64,000 bases of DNA. Source: Octopus sinensis. Taxonomy: Eukaryota. The notes beneath the pieces were generated by a model that made no database searches, had not been told where the DNA came from, and worked only from the letters and a program-made list of their open reading frames with translations. Positions 1-13,639 of this stretch are shown in pieces; position 1 is the stretch's first letter, and each line of letters starts with the position of its first letter. The DNA lies in contig NC_043008.1 of assembly GCF_006345805.1 (NCBI RefSeq), positions 43,276,001 to 43,340,000 on the forward strand. Direction: 5' to 3'. The translations under genes were made by a program, and so were the position numbers.

Positions 1-350
1 CTGAAACCCAGGGTGTTGCAATAACTGGTTCTGAAGTGCGATGGCATTTCTGGGATTTTTGGCACTGTGCAGTGTCGACCCGTTCTGGCAATGGTGTAGC
101 TTTCAATAACAAAATTTGGCACATTTCCTTCTAGGATCTTCCAGATGTATATTACTGCACACCTCTCCCGCCTTCGCTCCAGAGAGTAGAGTCTTGGGTG
201 TTTCAGCCTTTCCCAGTAGCTTAGCTGTTACAAAGAGACGATCCTCTTTGTGAAGCTTCAAGGTCCGCTGTTAATTTCATACTGCTGGGTGACCATTGCT
301 GGGAGCAGTAATCCAGGTGGCTGAGGTATTTTAACTGACATTGAATAATT
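1..350 (-). mobile_element. CR1/L2-type LINE, ORF2 C-terminal fragment (runs off left edge)
   Basis: Minus-strand translation gives ...LSHLDYCSQQWSP... then, after a frameshift, LSYWERLKHPRLYSLERRRERCAVIYIWKILEGNVPNF, the characteristic post-RT C-terminal motif of CR1/L2 LINEs. Confidence 0.85.
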
Positions 351-400
351 ACATACACACACGTACAAACAGAAACTCTTTTTCTCTCTCTCCCTCTCAC

Positions 401-436
<36 letters not shown>

Positions 437-596
437 TAGGACTAGTAAATATATCGTATGAGGAATGGTATATTTCATTACATTTGATAGTTTGAAAATT
501 GCTGTGGTATTGATTATAGCTAAAGGCTTCATTGTAGAAATGAATAATTAAATTCATGTAAATTTATACAAGAGGGTCATAATAGCCAGGTATACA

Positions 597-832
597 GAAT
601 TTCACCGAAAACATTTTTGTTGCAGGAAAATTCACCGTAAGAAAAAATAAACTGTAAAAAAAAAAAATAATAATAATGAAATAATGAAATAAATAAATAA
701 AAGACTAGCTGTTTTCTGAAAATGGCAACTTCATTAATTAACCTACCAATTAAAGAAAGGTAATTTCTTTTAAACGAGTTAACTAGTTTACGGTGAAATT
801 TCCCTCGGCAAAATAGTTTATGACGAATTTTC
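597..832. mobile_element. Degenerate MITE-like element
   Basis: Imperfect inverted repeats 597-640 (...ggaaaattcaccgtaa) and 788-832 (ttacggtgaaatttcc...) around an A-rich core. Confidence 0.35.
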
Positions 833-1883
833 AGGACATTATGGTATTCCTGTGTTATTGCAAAAGTTGAATTTAACTCACATTGAATACATTTACGGTG
901 GAGTCAATTTAGAATTTCCTTCGTAAAGAAAATCAATAAGATCTTTCTTTGCTATAATATGCTCTCTTTGACAGTTTTAACTGCGAGGCCTAATTCCGGA
1001 AAATTCAGAAAAATCTATCAAAGAATAACCACCAGCACCTACAAAAAGAAACTACTTATTCCTGAAGAATGGTGAAACGTTAAAATCTAGATCCATTTGA
1101 AAATATTAGGAAACTTGGTGCGTTAGGGAATTATTCCAGAAGTCTTCTTCGATTAGTCCAAATAGAAATCTTTCAGTACAGATCCGTTTCGATTATATTA
1201 CAAACATCCTCATAATTTCATTTTAAAGTAGGGTAGATGTTATTTAGGGTAAATCCACCCAGTTACTGAGTCGGTAGCTGCACAAAATACCTGAACGTTT
1301 TTACTTACGTCTTGAGTCCACATTCGTTTCTGGTCCATTGAGCTTTTCACTCATCAGGGGTTGATAAATAAGTAGCAGTCAAGAATTTATATAATTTATA
1401 GAATCGATTTTAAACGCCAAAATGTAAGTCCTTTTGTTAATGCTAAATACCAATATGTTAGAACTACACACACACACAAATTTATTTCTCTGTCTGTCTG
1501 TCTGTCTCTGTCTCTGTCTCTCTCTATCTATCTATCTGTCTGTCTGTCTGTCTGTCTGTCCATATATGGAGTAGTTAAAGCAGTTGTGCAGATTTGCTGT
1601 TATTCTCATTTAACTCTAGGACGGCGCAGAGATTACTTACGAGAGGGACGGACCCAGCTGTAAACTACAAATTACGTCATAACCCAGAGTCCGTATCCCT
1701 TTTTCCTCTAACGCTAAGATATAATTTGAGGGTCATTGGCTGCTATTTTTATGAAGTGAAGCCTTAACGTCGGCGTCCCAACTTCTTCATAACCCCTTAT
1801 AACCCCTTCTATAAAGGCAGAATTCAAATACATGAGAACGGCTCAACAAAGATTTAGCAACCACCTCACAAAACGGACATGTT

Positions 1884-1962
1884 TAGTAGTGGTAGTAGTG
1901 GTGGTGGTGGTGGTAGTGGTGGTGGTGGTAGTGATGGTGGTGGTAGTAGTGGTTGTTATTGT
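1884..1962. repeat. (GTG/GTA)n microsatellite
   Basis: Direct reading; source of the poly-Thr ORF in the track. Confidence 0.95.
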
Positions 1963-2160
1963 TATTTTTGTAAAATTGTGATGACAATAAAGGGTTTTCA
2001 ATTGAATTGGTTTCATGGTAAGAACAAATCTTAAAATAGAATCAGAAATTTTCTGCTCCATTCCCCATTTCGAAATAGTCTCATTAGTATTTCAGACAGA
2101 GACATTTATGTGGCTTTTGTTGGAAGTTAATATGAGAATGGCATTGCAGAAGAACTGAAG

Positions 2161-2312
2161 TGCACACACACACACGCACACACACACGCACACACACACG
2201 CACACACACACACACACACACATACAACATATGTATATATGTAGTAGAGATGTGTTATATCAATATCTATGTTTATATATGCGTATTAATATTATGTGTG
2301 TGTATTAATATC

Positions 2313-2354
<42 letters not shown>

Positions 2355-2493
2355 ATATGTATATATATGTGTGTCTGTGTGTGCATATGTATGTACGTGT
2401 ATATATATGTGTGCATGTGTGTGTATGTGTGTGTATGTATATATATATATATATGAGTGTGTCTGTGTGTATATGTATGTATGTGTATATATA

Positions 2494-2527
<34 letters not shown>

Positions 2528-2530
2528 ATT
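2161..2530. repeat. Compound (CA)n/(TA)n/(TG)n microsatellite
   Basis: Direct reading. Similar compound dinucleotide tracts recur throughout (e.g. 3170-3435, 5460-5975, 17330-17650, 19830-20420, 22190-22570, 37860-38680). Confidence 0.95.
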
Positions 2531-3272
2531 TATATATTCGAAATTTGTTTTTTATGAAAGGTTCCATTTTTTTCATATAATGGTATGTGTTGCATGCAGT
2601 TCGTGTAGAACTGTAAGATTCTTTAATCCATCACCATATTTTTTCATATACATCGTATAACGACAGATTGAGCTGTAAAAATAGAATATTCTGACACTAG
2701 CAAACTAAACCAAGGAAGAAATACTACGCAACAAATTCTTCGATCAACAAACTTATTGAATGTAATCCAACGTTTATATTAAAACTAAATGAATTAAATT
2801 CAAACGAACTACAGCACAGATGAATTTATTATGAAAAACCACCAAAAACAACGCAAAACTCAAAAAAATAGCACCAAGATTAGAAATTACTCTTTCTCTT
2901 GTGTATCGCAAAACACAAGCATAAAATTACTCATGACTGATGTGATTTTAAAATTCGATTGCAAACGTTAAAACTGTAAACTTTCATGAGTTACGCGCAC
3001 AATTGCGATAGACATTCTCCGACCGGAGATTGCGATGCACAGCATACGATACGATGCAAAAGAAACGAGAAAGAAAAAACGTTAGCAGACAACACATTAT
3101 ATACTTAAACAGAATTAAACGGTTGAAGATGGAAGAAGCAATTTTCAGTCTTAACACTTAATATCCAAATATATATATATATATATATAATATATATATA
3201 TATATAAACACAAACACGCATGCACGTACACGTACATACATAAATACATACATACATACATACATACACACA

Positions 3273-3312
<40 letters not shown>

Positions 3313-3360
3313 TTAAACACACACACGCATGCACGTACACACACATATATATATATATAT

Positions 3361-3402
<42 letters not shown>

Positions 3403-5160
3403 TATATATAAAGAGAGAGAGAGAGAGAGAGAGAAAGAGCTGGGTGAAGAAAACGTACATATGAATCACTACAGATATTCATACAGTCATATGTATATAC
3501 ACACACACATTTAGATACTCATGCATATATACACATAGATAGATATATCGATAGATAGATTTATCGGGAGATTGACAGAGAGACAGACACACAGATAGAT
3601 AGATAGATATACAGATAGATATTAATCTAAGTATGTAAATAAGTCCACAGAAGACTTGAGGCCATGTTTTCCACAAGAGTGGTTACCGTCGATTAAATCA
3701 ACTCCAGCAGATTGATGAAATGTAAAATCGACCCCGATGGGAATTGAACACCAACATCATAATAAATCGAACTAGACATCGTAAACAAGGTCTGCTCACC
3801 ACCGCAAACCCTCCACCACTTCAGCACTACCTCCTCTACTCACACACACATATTTCTCTTCAAACTGAAAGGTGGTATTTAAATAAAGGCATCAACGCGA
3901 AACACTATGCAGTCAGCAGAATCAGTTAAACGTGTATTTTAAAGATAAAATGACTGAGACCGACCAAAGTTTAGTATAGAGGAAGTGGTGGTGGTCGTGG
4001 TGGGGTGGGGGACTGGGAGAAATAGGCGAAGACATTAGTTTATTTGTTTTGTTCTTTTTATTTGTAAAATGTATATTTAATTGGTTGAATTTTATTGCGT
4101 GTCTTTTAACAGTATTAACGGTTTTAGCAGATAATTCCGACACAAAATCCATTTACACCAAATACGGAAACAAACGTGGAATGTTTTATATTCTTTTGCA
4201 TCTTTCTAAGTCGTTCTGAGGCATTAAGAATATTCTCTAAGTGGCAGCTCTGCCTCCTAGAAATCACACTCTGCTATAAAAAATAAATGAAGGAAACACT
4301 AGATAACGTCATTTTAGATATGGTATTGCTGAAATAAAATATGGGACTGTCATGGGTGGAGCACCTTCTTGTATGGAGCTAAAAGTTAACATGGAAGAAA
4401 GAATACTCCTGTATTACAGTTCGATATTCGTTCAAAGCTGTTTTAAACATTCGTTGCTCGGAGTTATTCATTTGGTGCAATATTTCAATAAAAAGGTAAA
4501 GAGACAAAGATGGAAGTAAATGAACAATATTGGGGGTGGTACGTTTTTGTGACGTCAAACTATTTTCTTTTCAATCTTTCAATATTTTTCTCTTTCTCCT
4601 ACTCTCTCTAGAACAAAGAAATACAGAAAGATAGTAAATCTTTAAAAAGAGAGATTACAACTGGAGACAGAGCGAAGACTGTGATAGAAATGATGGCGAC
4701 GTTTTGAAAAATGGATCAAAATAAATATACATTCACCATTGCTTAAATTGAACTGTTTGCAAAGTATACATTCACAGTACCATTAAATAACACATACAAC
4801 ATATATTTATACATAAGTCTTTAACGTTATGTATGTAGAAGGATTCCAAGGGCCTGTGTTATCCATCCATCTACGTCAGTCTGTTGATAACTGTATGAGT
4901 ATGTTTAAATTTAACAGAGGAGGAACAGACATACATATAGACACACTCCGTTGCAAAACAACTTCTTCAGTAACCTTTTAATATACTTCAAAGTGGATTT
5001 AATTCTAGTAAGATTGTCATGCGTATTTTATTTCTAGAAACTCTGCTGTATGAAACTTTTAAAAATCCGTTGCCGGTTTCTTTACTGCTCATAAATATTG
5101 TCTGAATCTTGGCCAGTCCTGACGAGAATTCTTTTATCGATTGGTAAAATAGTAAAATGG

Positions 5161-5203
<43 letters not shown>

Positions 5204-5280
5204 ATGCATTTATATACATGAATATCATGTCTGGAGAGATTAAAATAAACACACACACCTACACGCACGCGCGCGTATTT

Positions 5281-5400
5281 CTTTCAGTTTCCGTCTACCA
5301 AATCCACTTACAAGGTTTTGGCCGACCCCGAGGCCAAGTTACCACGCAGAGGGACTGAACCCAAGACCATGTGATTGGGAAATACTTTCTCACCTTCCCG
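5281..5400 (-). mobile_element. tRNA-derived SINE family A, 5' head (partial)
   Basis: Reverse complement of the head seen intact at 57319 (ggttcagtccc...gtgg...gccgaccaaagccttgtgagtggatttggtagacggaaactgaaag). Confidence 0.8.
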
Positions 5401-5925
5401 AGCTTGAAACTGTTGTTTATACACCTGTCTTCATCTTTTGTTTTTCTGTAAATTTCAACTATATGTATACACACACACACGTACACATATATACAGACAG
5501 ACAGACACACACACATATTATATATATATATATATATATATATTTATACATATATATGTATATATATATATATGTGTGTGTATGTGTGTGCGTCTGTCTG
5601 TATATATGTGTATGTGTGTGTGCATGCTTGTGTGTATGTGTGTATGTGTACACGTACATCAAAACATACGCGCATACATACACTTATAAATACATAGATA
5701 CATGCATTTATATATGCGCACACACATATACAAATATATATAAATATATGTGTACATGTGGTTAGTTATGCGTGTATTTCAATATATTTGTGTATGTGTC
5801 TGTGTCACTGCGTATATTTATTCTCATATGCGCATATGTGTGCATGGAAGTGTTTGTATGTGTGTGTTTGTGTGTGTATTCTTGAGTGCATGTGTGTGTG
5901 TACATATACATATACATATATATAC

Positions 5926-5974
<49 letters not shown>

Positions 5975-6200
5975 TCATTGACTACATCTCTTCCCAATGT
6001 CGACTTCTCCATAGACTATAACCAAACATCGCTGCATTCATTCATTCCTCTTCGGCAACTTGCCAACAAAGCGAAATTTGTTTTTCTTTTTTGCATAAAA
6101 AAAAACATACAAAAATATCAAATGACAGAAAATAAAACAATATGACACAGAAAACTAGGAACAAACATACAAAGCCGAGATGATGATGATGATACTAAGC

Positions 6201-6236
<36 letters not shown>

Positions 6237-6251
6237 AATAATAATAATAAC

Positions 6252-6291
<40 letters not shown>

Positions 6292-6317
6292 GTAATAATA
6301 ATAATAATAATTGAATA

Positions 6318-6640
6318 AGAGAGACAAATAGTGTCAGATCATTGATGTAGCTATACTACATAATATGAATGTTGTGAGTAAAGCGGTTGAAAAAAATCAC
6401 CAAGTACTCCGAATTGGAAGTGGGAATGGCAAAAATTTTTGGAATGTGATACCAGTGGTGATTGGAGCGTTGGGCTTAATCGCATTGAAACTTCAAGACT
6501 TCTTAAGGCAACTGGAAATCCCATGCAAGATTGATGTTTCGCAAAAAGCAGCCTTATTGGGCACAGCGCACATCTAAAGGAAAGTGTTATCTGTCTGAGG
6601 TCCTTGTTGTGACTTGACAGATGACTAAAGACTCCGGTGC
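6318..6640 (+). mobile_element. R4/Dong-type non-LTR retrotransposon, 3' fragment (restriction-like endonuclease end)
   Basis: IIDVAI...VIPVVIGALGLI...QKAALLGTAHI*RKVLSV, the C-terminal signature of R4-clade RLE elements. It begins immediately after a (TAA)n array. Confidence 0.85.
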
Positions 6641-6708
6641 ATTTTTACTTACACTCTGTTACGAAGGAATGATAATAACAACAACAACAACAACAACAAC
6701 AACAATAA

Positions 6709-6761
<53 letters not shown>

Positions 6762-6971
6762 AGTTCAAATTTTGGCACAAAGCCAACATTTTCAGGGAGG
6801 GGTAAATCGATTATATCGACCTCAGTGATTAACTGTACTTACCTTATCGACCCCGAAGATGGAATGAAAAGTCGACCTCAGCGGAATTTGAACTCAGAAC
6901 GTAAGTACGGACGAAATGCCGCTAAGCATTCTTTTCTGGCGTGCAAACGATTCTACTCTACCCTATCCTCC

Positions 6972-6973
<2 letters not shown>
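6762..6973 (-). mobile_element. tRNA-derived SINE family B (Nin/Deu-domain-like)
   Basis: Reverse complement of gagttcaaattccgc.gaggtcgactt...ttcggggtcgataa...agtacag; B-box-like head plus the conserved central domain. Confidence 0.8.
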
Positions 6974-7034
<61 letters not shown>

Positions 7035-7035
7035 T

Positions 7036-7745
7036 TGGCAGAAGACCAAAGCTTGCTTACCAAAAACTACCAGGCCAACGTTCTTCAAAACGGTTCTAAC
7101 CTTAGATTAAGATTCAGCGATGCATTTGACGAGACAAGAGACCATCTTGTCAAGGGATGTCCTGTGCTGACACCAAACAAATATAAAAAATTTCGCAAAA
7201 TAGGGTCGGACAGTATTTACATTGGAAAATACGTAAACACTACAAAATAAGCACTCCTGCTGACTGGTATGAGCATCATCCTGAGCCAGTCGTTGAAGGT
7301 AGAAATGTCACTATCCTCTGAGATTTTCCAATCATCACCAACAGAATGATCCGGGCTAATCGACCAGACATAGTCATTAAAGACGGGGAAGAAAATACTT
7401 GTAGACTAATAGATGTAAGTGTTCCCGCTAATGAAAAATATATCTATAAGGGTATTTGACAAATTAAGTAAATAAACGGCGGTGCATCAGCTTGGCCGCC
7501 GCTCTGAGCTGAAACTAGAGGGAGAAAAAAATAAGGACCTGGAAATTGAAATACAAAAGATGTGGCATCTTATAGCGAGAACTGTTCCTGTTATTGTTGG
7601 TTCCCAGTGTATGATAAGAAAGGGATGTCAAAAACAGCTAGATAATATCCCAGGAGAAATCCAAAAATCAGAGAAATCCAAAAGATTGTGCTGACAAGTA
7701 CCAGACACATCCTTTGAAAAAAACCTATCAATTTGTTGTATTACA
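7036..7745 (+). mobile_element. R4/Dong-type retrotransposon, 3' fragment (CCHC knuckle + RLE)
   Basis: AEDQSLLTKNYQANVLQ...ETRDHLVKGCPVL...YLHWKI...WYEHHPEPVVEGRNVTIL*DFPI...RANRPDIVIKD...LIDVSVP...KDLEIEIQKMW. It starts abruptly at the end of a (TAA)n array. Confidence 0.9.
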
Positions 7746-7791
7746 TGACAATATTTCGCTACTGCCCCTGCCACTTGATGCTGATGATGGA

Positions 7792-7849
<58 letters not shown>

Positions 7850-7858
7850 AAAATAATA

Positions 7859-7902
<44 letters not shown>

Positions 7903-7908
7903 AATAAT

Positions 7909-7952
<44 letters not shown>

Positions 7953-8328
7953 TAATAATAACAACAACAATATTTTTAAAAGGATTGACGTAATTCTTCA
8001 CAAAGGTAAATAGAGAAGACGCAAAGCGCGATTCGATTGCAATAGATGTTTTATTGGTTGAATGACAGTTTGTTTTCCTGGCACAAAGCCATGACGTTTC
8101 AGGGCGGGGTATAATTTGCTTAGATCGATCGGAGTACTTTGATCTTATGTTTATCAATCGAAGCTTATCAGTGGTACACATATGAACTTGTCTCTGTTTT
8201 AAAAAATGAAAACGTAGATATATTATGGAATTATATTACACTGATAGACTGCCATAGAATAGCACTTGATAATTACCACATCATTCTCCGCGAAATCATT
8301 GACAATATGTGAGTTAACGTCATAGTAA

Positions 8329-8715
8329 TCTCTCTCTATATATAAAGCTGAAATTGTCTGTGTATGGCAGGTTTGGTAGCCTTCAACTAACACTATCTCC
8401 TCCGAGACACTGCGGCGCAAGTTGACCAAAATTGATAGTATGATAGAAGAAAGCTTGCTCTACCTTCTCTAGAAGACAAAATTCAAATCGGACCATGTTA
8501 ACACCAAAAATTATTTACATAAAAAAGGTGCTTATGAAAATCCCTATTTTTTACGATTCTTTGACTGCTGTGTTGCCATTTTTCGGTGTATTTCAACCAG
8601 AAAAATGTTCACTTAAAGGGAATAACAAGCTACATAATGTAACATTTTTACTTTTCAAAAATTATAATTCTAAACGGTCGAAACAAACCCGAGAAACGTC
8701 GGGCGATACTGCTAG
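8329..8715 (+). mobile_element. Non-autonomous Helitron
   Basis: 5' TC(TCTCTATATATAAAG), 3' hairpin CCCGA-gaaacg-TCGGG (8688-8703) followed 8 nt later by CTAG (8712-8715). Inserted between A (8328) and T (8716) with no TSD; all canonical Helitron hallmarks. Confidence 0.85.
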
Positions 8716-9342
8716 TACCAGATAATTTTAATATTGGGCAGAAGTGAGATGGCAGTTTAGAAACTTTCATTAACTTAGATGGTGGATTAAACATTATGTA
8801 TTTATGAGCCTATTTGTGATTAGGAAAAGACATGGAATGACTATTTATAAGGATAGACAGAAGGACATACTAAATTAGATGAAATCTAAAGAAAACTCAA
8901 AGTTTTCTGGGATGTTCCCCTCATTCTTCTTTCAAGTAAAGGAATTTTTAAAGTATTTCTGAAAGTATGAATGATAAAAATAACATAATGAGAGACTGGC
9001 GATTTAGGCATCGTGCTATCACTCTGTAGAAAATAGTTATAACATTATATTTGATAGTGCTGGACAAATGCAGGAGTGAGCTGTATCCTCTCATATCTTG
9101 AATAATGGAAAACAAATAAGAATAGCTTTTAGAAACGGTAGGTTTACGTAGTTTACTTAGAAATGAAAACAAAAAATTATGAAATCAGATTAGCAGGTGT
9201 AAGGATATACGTATGAATCATTGTTACTTCACTGTCAGAAAGCCTCAGCGGCTAAAATACGAAAATAGAATAAAAGGACTTTTTCTTTTACAATTAGTTT
9301 TTCTTCCTTCTTTACATCTAACTTTTCACTGGTTGCTATTGT

Positions 9343-9400
9343 TGTTAATCTTATTGTTGTTGTTGTTGTTGTTGTTGTTGTTCTTCTTCTTCTTCTTCTT

Positions 9401-9475
<75 letters not shown>

Positions 9476-9553
9476 ATAATAATAATAATATAATTTATTA
9501 TTATTATTATTATTATATTATTATTATAATTATTACTATTATTATTATTATTA

Positions 9554-9596
<43 letters not shown>

Positions 9597-9624
9597 TTAT
9601 TATTATTATTATTATAATTATTAC

Positions 9625-9674
<50 letters not shown>

Positions 9675-9690
9675 TATTATTATTATTTTT
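9343..9690. repeat. Compound (TTG)n(TTC)n(TTA)n array, 3' tail/target of the R4/Dong element
   Basis: Direct reading. Confidence 0.95.
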
Positions 9691-12600
9691 AGTAGTTTTA
9701 TTTTCATATCGTGCTTTCACTTCACTACCGAGGCAGCTCTGTGTGCCTTGGGTATGTGCTGTGATTTGTTGTGATGCTCTGATGGTTATTGTATGGAAAG
9801 TGTTCTGCGTAGGATGTGTGCAGTGCCTAGCAGTGCAATTTTCTGTATATTATATGTGTTTGTAAGTCCTGGTGTTTTTTTTTATGTATTTGTCTGAATA
9901 TTTTCTTATCATGCCTATGCACCTACTATGATAGCAATTGTTTCTGTTTTTAGATTCCCATTCTGGTTACCTCTATTTTCAGGTCTTTGTATTTTGAAAG
10001 TTTCTCCATTTCTTTTAGAGACACGTTGTCATCTGCCGGTATTGATACATCAATTAGAAAGCATTGTTTTTTCTTCATGATCTCTGACAACTATATCTGG
10101 TCTGTTGGCCTTAATTTTTCTATCTGTGTGTATCGGCATATCCCAGAGTATGGTTGCTTTCTCGTTTTCTGTGACCTTTTCTGGTGTGTGCCTATACCAT
10201 CTTTTTTCTGTTGTTATTCCATAATGTTGGCATGGCTTCCAGTGTATGTAGGTTCCAACTCTGTCGTGTCTGTGAATATATTCCTTCTTAGCCAGGACTG
10301 GGCAGCTAGTGATAATATGATTTATTGTTTCTTGTCCATCTCCACATATTCAGTTACTTGTTATATTTCTTTTCATTACATGTTTTTGGTAATTTCTGGT
10401 GGGGAGGCTTTGGTCTTGTGCTGCAATTAAAAATCCCTCTGTTTCTGCTTTGAGTCCTGAGCTTCTCAACCATTGCTGGGATTTTTCTTTGTCTATTTCT
10501 TTTGCGTTTAGTTTAGTGCAGTATTTACCATGAAGGGGCTTTTCTTGCCATCGTTTTATCATGGTTCGTTGCTGTTCTATTTTTAGTTTGGATTTCATTT
10601 GTTTTATAGCTTTTGTTGTTTCTTCATCATCTTCTTCTTCTTCGTGTTTATTAGGTGGTATGATTTCTTGTTTGTATTTGTCAGCTTCCTTAAATACTGA
10701 GAACAGTTTTTTGTTTTGCTCGTGTTTTGCTGCTATCTGGATCAGTTTTCCTTCCTTCTGAAGTAGGTATTTTTGCAGTCCTATAGTGGTTATTTTATAG
10801 AGTTTTCCAGCTGTATAAGGCCTCTACCACCTTCTATACGTTGTATATATAGTCTTTCTATGTCAGATTTTGGGTGATGCATCCTAGATCCTGTCAGTAT
10901 TTTTTCTTTTTCCTATCTATTTTGGACAGTTCATTTCGTGTCCACTTAAGGATATTGTAGCTGTAACTTATAACTGGGACAGCTAATGTGTTGATACCTA
11001 TTATCTTGTTTTTAGCATTGAGCTCTGTTTTTAGTATTGATCTAACTCGTCTATAATATTCTTTTTTTATTTTCCTCTTTCATTTGTGTGTGTTGTGTCT
11101 TATCTAGTTCATGGATTCCTAAGTATTTGTAAGTTTGGCTTTGGTCTAATTCTTTTATTTCATTTGCTTCATCTAGTGTGATGTTGTTACTCTTAACTAG
11201 TTTTCCTCTTTTCATGGTTACTTTGGCGCATTTTTCTAATCCAAATTTCATATCTATTTCTTGGTAAATCCATGAACTGTCTTTAATAGTGTTTCCAGAT
11301 GTTTGTCATTTGCAGCGTATAGTTTTAGGTCATCCATATTAAAAGGTGGCTGATCGTTTTGGCCGTAACATTTATATCCGCATCCAGTTCTATTAGCATA
11401 TCAGATTAGAGGTGACAGTGCCAAGCAGAAAAGGAGTGGAGAGAGCGTATCTCCCTGGAATATTCCTCTCTAATGGGGATGTCTTTGGTTTTCATGAGTC
11501 CCTCTTTTGTTTGGAGGTGTAGGACTGTTTGCCATTTATTCATAGAGTGCTCTATGAATTTATGATTGTTGGTGCTACTACTTTGTTAATGGCTAGTGTT
11601 TCGAGGATCCATGTGTGGGGGATGCTATCAAACGCCTTTTGTAGTCAATCCAGGCCATACTGAGGCCTTTCTTCTTTCTGTGGCTGTCTTCAGTTATGGC
11701 TTTATTAATCATTAGTTGATCTTTACAGCCATATGAGCCTTTGCGGCATCCTTTCTGCTCTTCTGGGAACAGTTTGTTTTCGTCCAGGTGCTTGTTCAGC
11801 CTTTGTGATATCACTGCAGTAAATGCCTTGAACATAGTAGGGAGCAGTTTATTGGTCTGTAGTTTTCTGGTTTTTCTGTTTCATTTGATTTGGGAATTAA
11901 GATGGTTTCCCCCTTCGTGAGCCATTCAGGCATTGTCTCTGGCTCTGCTAGTACGTTGTTAAAGTTTTCAGCCAGCTTTTTGTGCATTCCTGTTAGATAT
12001 TTCAACCAGAAGTTGGGGATCTTGTCATGCCCAGGTGCCTTCCAGTTGCTTAGTCTTTGCAGTGCCTGGGTGACCTCTTCAGTTGTTATTGGGGTCCAAA
12101 TTTGTTCAGATGCCGAGTTTGTTATTTTGATACTCCTTTTTTTTGGTGGTTCGTTCGCCGACCATATTTCTCCCCAGAATTCTTCCATTCTTCTGCCGTT
12201 GGTGCTGCAGTGACTTCTATTTTATTTTTGCCCAGTTCTTGGTAGAATTTTTGGGGTTGGAGTTGAACTTTTTGTTTTCTTCAAAGAAGCGTTGGCGTTT
12301 CTTGTACCGCGGATCCTTTGTGCTTTGGCAAGGATATCTTGCTTCAGCTTTTCTTTTATTTCAGGCAAATCTTTTCTGTGATTTTATATTTGCGGAGTAT
12401 TTTTGTTCTCTTTTGGTTGCTCAGTAGCGTTGATTCTTTGCTGATTTCATTAAGAATCGACAGGTCTTTTCTATTTTTTTTATTTTGCTTTGGATGTTAT
12501 TTATCCACAGGGTTTGTTTGGGTGGTGGTACTCCTGTTTGGCGGGTTTGGATGAGTATCCAGCTTCTTTTGTGGCTGCAGTGGCTGCTGCGTATATTAGG

Positions 12601-13639
12601 TTATTTAGCTCAGTGATATCACTTTTTTTTTGATTCAGTGGCTATCAGTTCAGTGACGGCTAGGTTTATGCTGTTTATAATAGGTGTTGTTATTTCGTTT
12701 ATTTTGATTCTTGGGAGGTATGGTCGGTGGTCCATTTTGAGCTCTGTGGTTTTCAGTTCTTTGATTATTTTATTTTTTTATATTATCATAATCATTAGGC
12801 TCCCCTTCGTTGTTTACATCGTGTTTGTTGGGAATGTTGCGTTTGTCTTCGTGTTTTACAGTTTCAGTGTTTATATTATTGGGCATTGTTGTGTGGCTTC
12901 TATCTACATTTTCCTGGTGTATTTTTTCTTTTAAATGTTCTATTTCTATTTCTGATATTTTTTTGGCTTTGAGAATGTATCTTCGTACGTTAGCTAATTT
13001 ATTAGGGTTCATTGCTGTATCCAAGTCTATATCTCTATTATTTTCCTTCCATATTTTTATATGTATGTGTTTGTTGTATTTTCATTTTTTGGGTAGAGTA
13101 CTGCTGTGAAGTAAATGGTGTAAGATAGAAATGTATTCCTCACGGTCCATTTACGTCTTTTGGGTTTTATTTGCGGGACATGAGGTACAACGTCCGGCCA
13201 TTATTTTGACGGTCGTCATTTTCGTAGGGTACCGGTCCGTTTATTTCTGTTGCACATTATTTCGCACGTGTAGTTTTTCGTACATTTTTTGTTGTAGGTT
13301 TAATGTACGTACCGCTCGATTGTTATTCTTGGGTTGAATAGTATCGGTGGCATTTAATTTCTTCGTAGTTCCTTGTACATGGTGTTTGGGGTCGGAGATG
13401 ATCGTGATGTTTCACGCATGTTTACATGTGTTGCGTTAGAGGTGGAGATGATATCGAGTCAAAATACATCATTTCGTTTCGAAAATAGTAATAAATTTCA
13501 ATTTGTATTACTTACTCGGATACAGTCCAATTCTTTGTTAGTAAAACTTTGGCTCCATAGGATGTCCTTGTTTTCGATGTTTTGTGATAGGTTCGGAGCT
13601 CTGAATTTTCCTTCTTACATCTTAAAAAGTCCCCCGGTG

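Noticed and set aside
4560-4707. Strong polypyrimidine tract + AG (4610-4611) followed by a short frame
   Set aside because: The frame NKEIQK...MMATF* is unrecognised and there is no good donor; pyrimidine tracts are common here.
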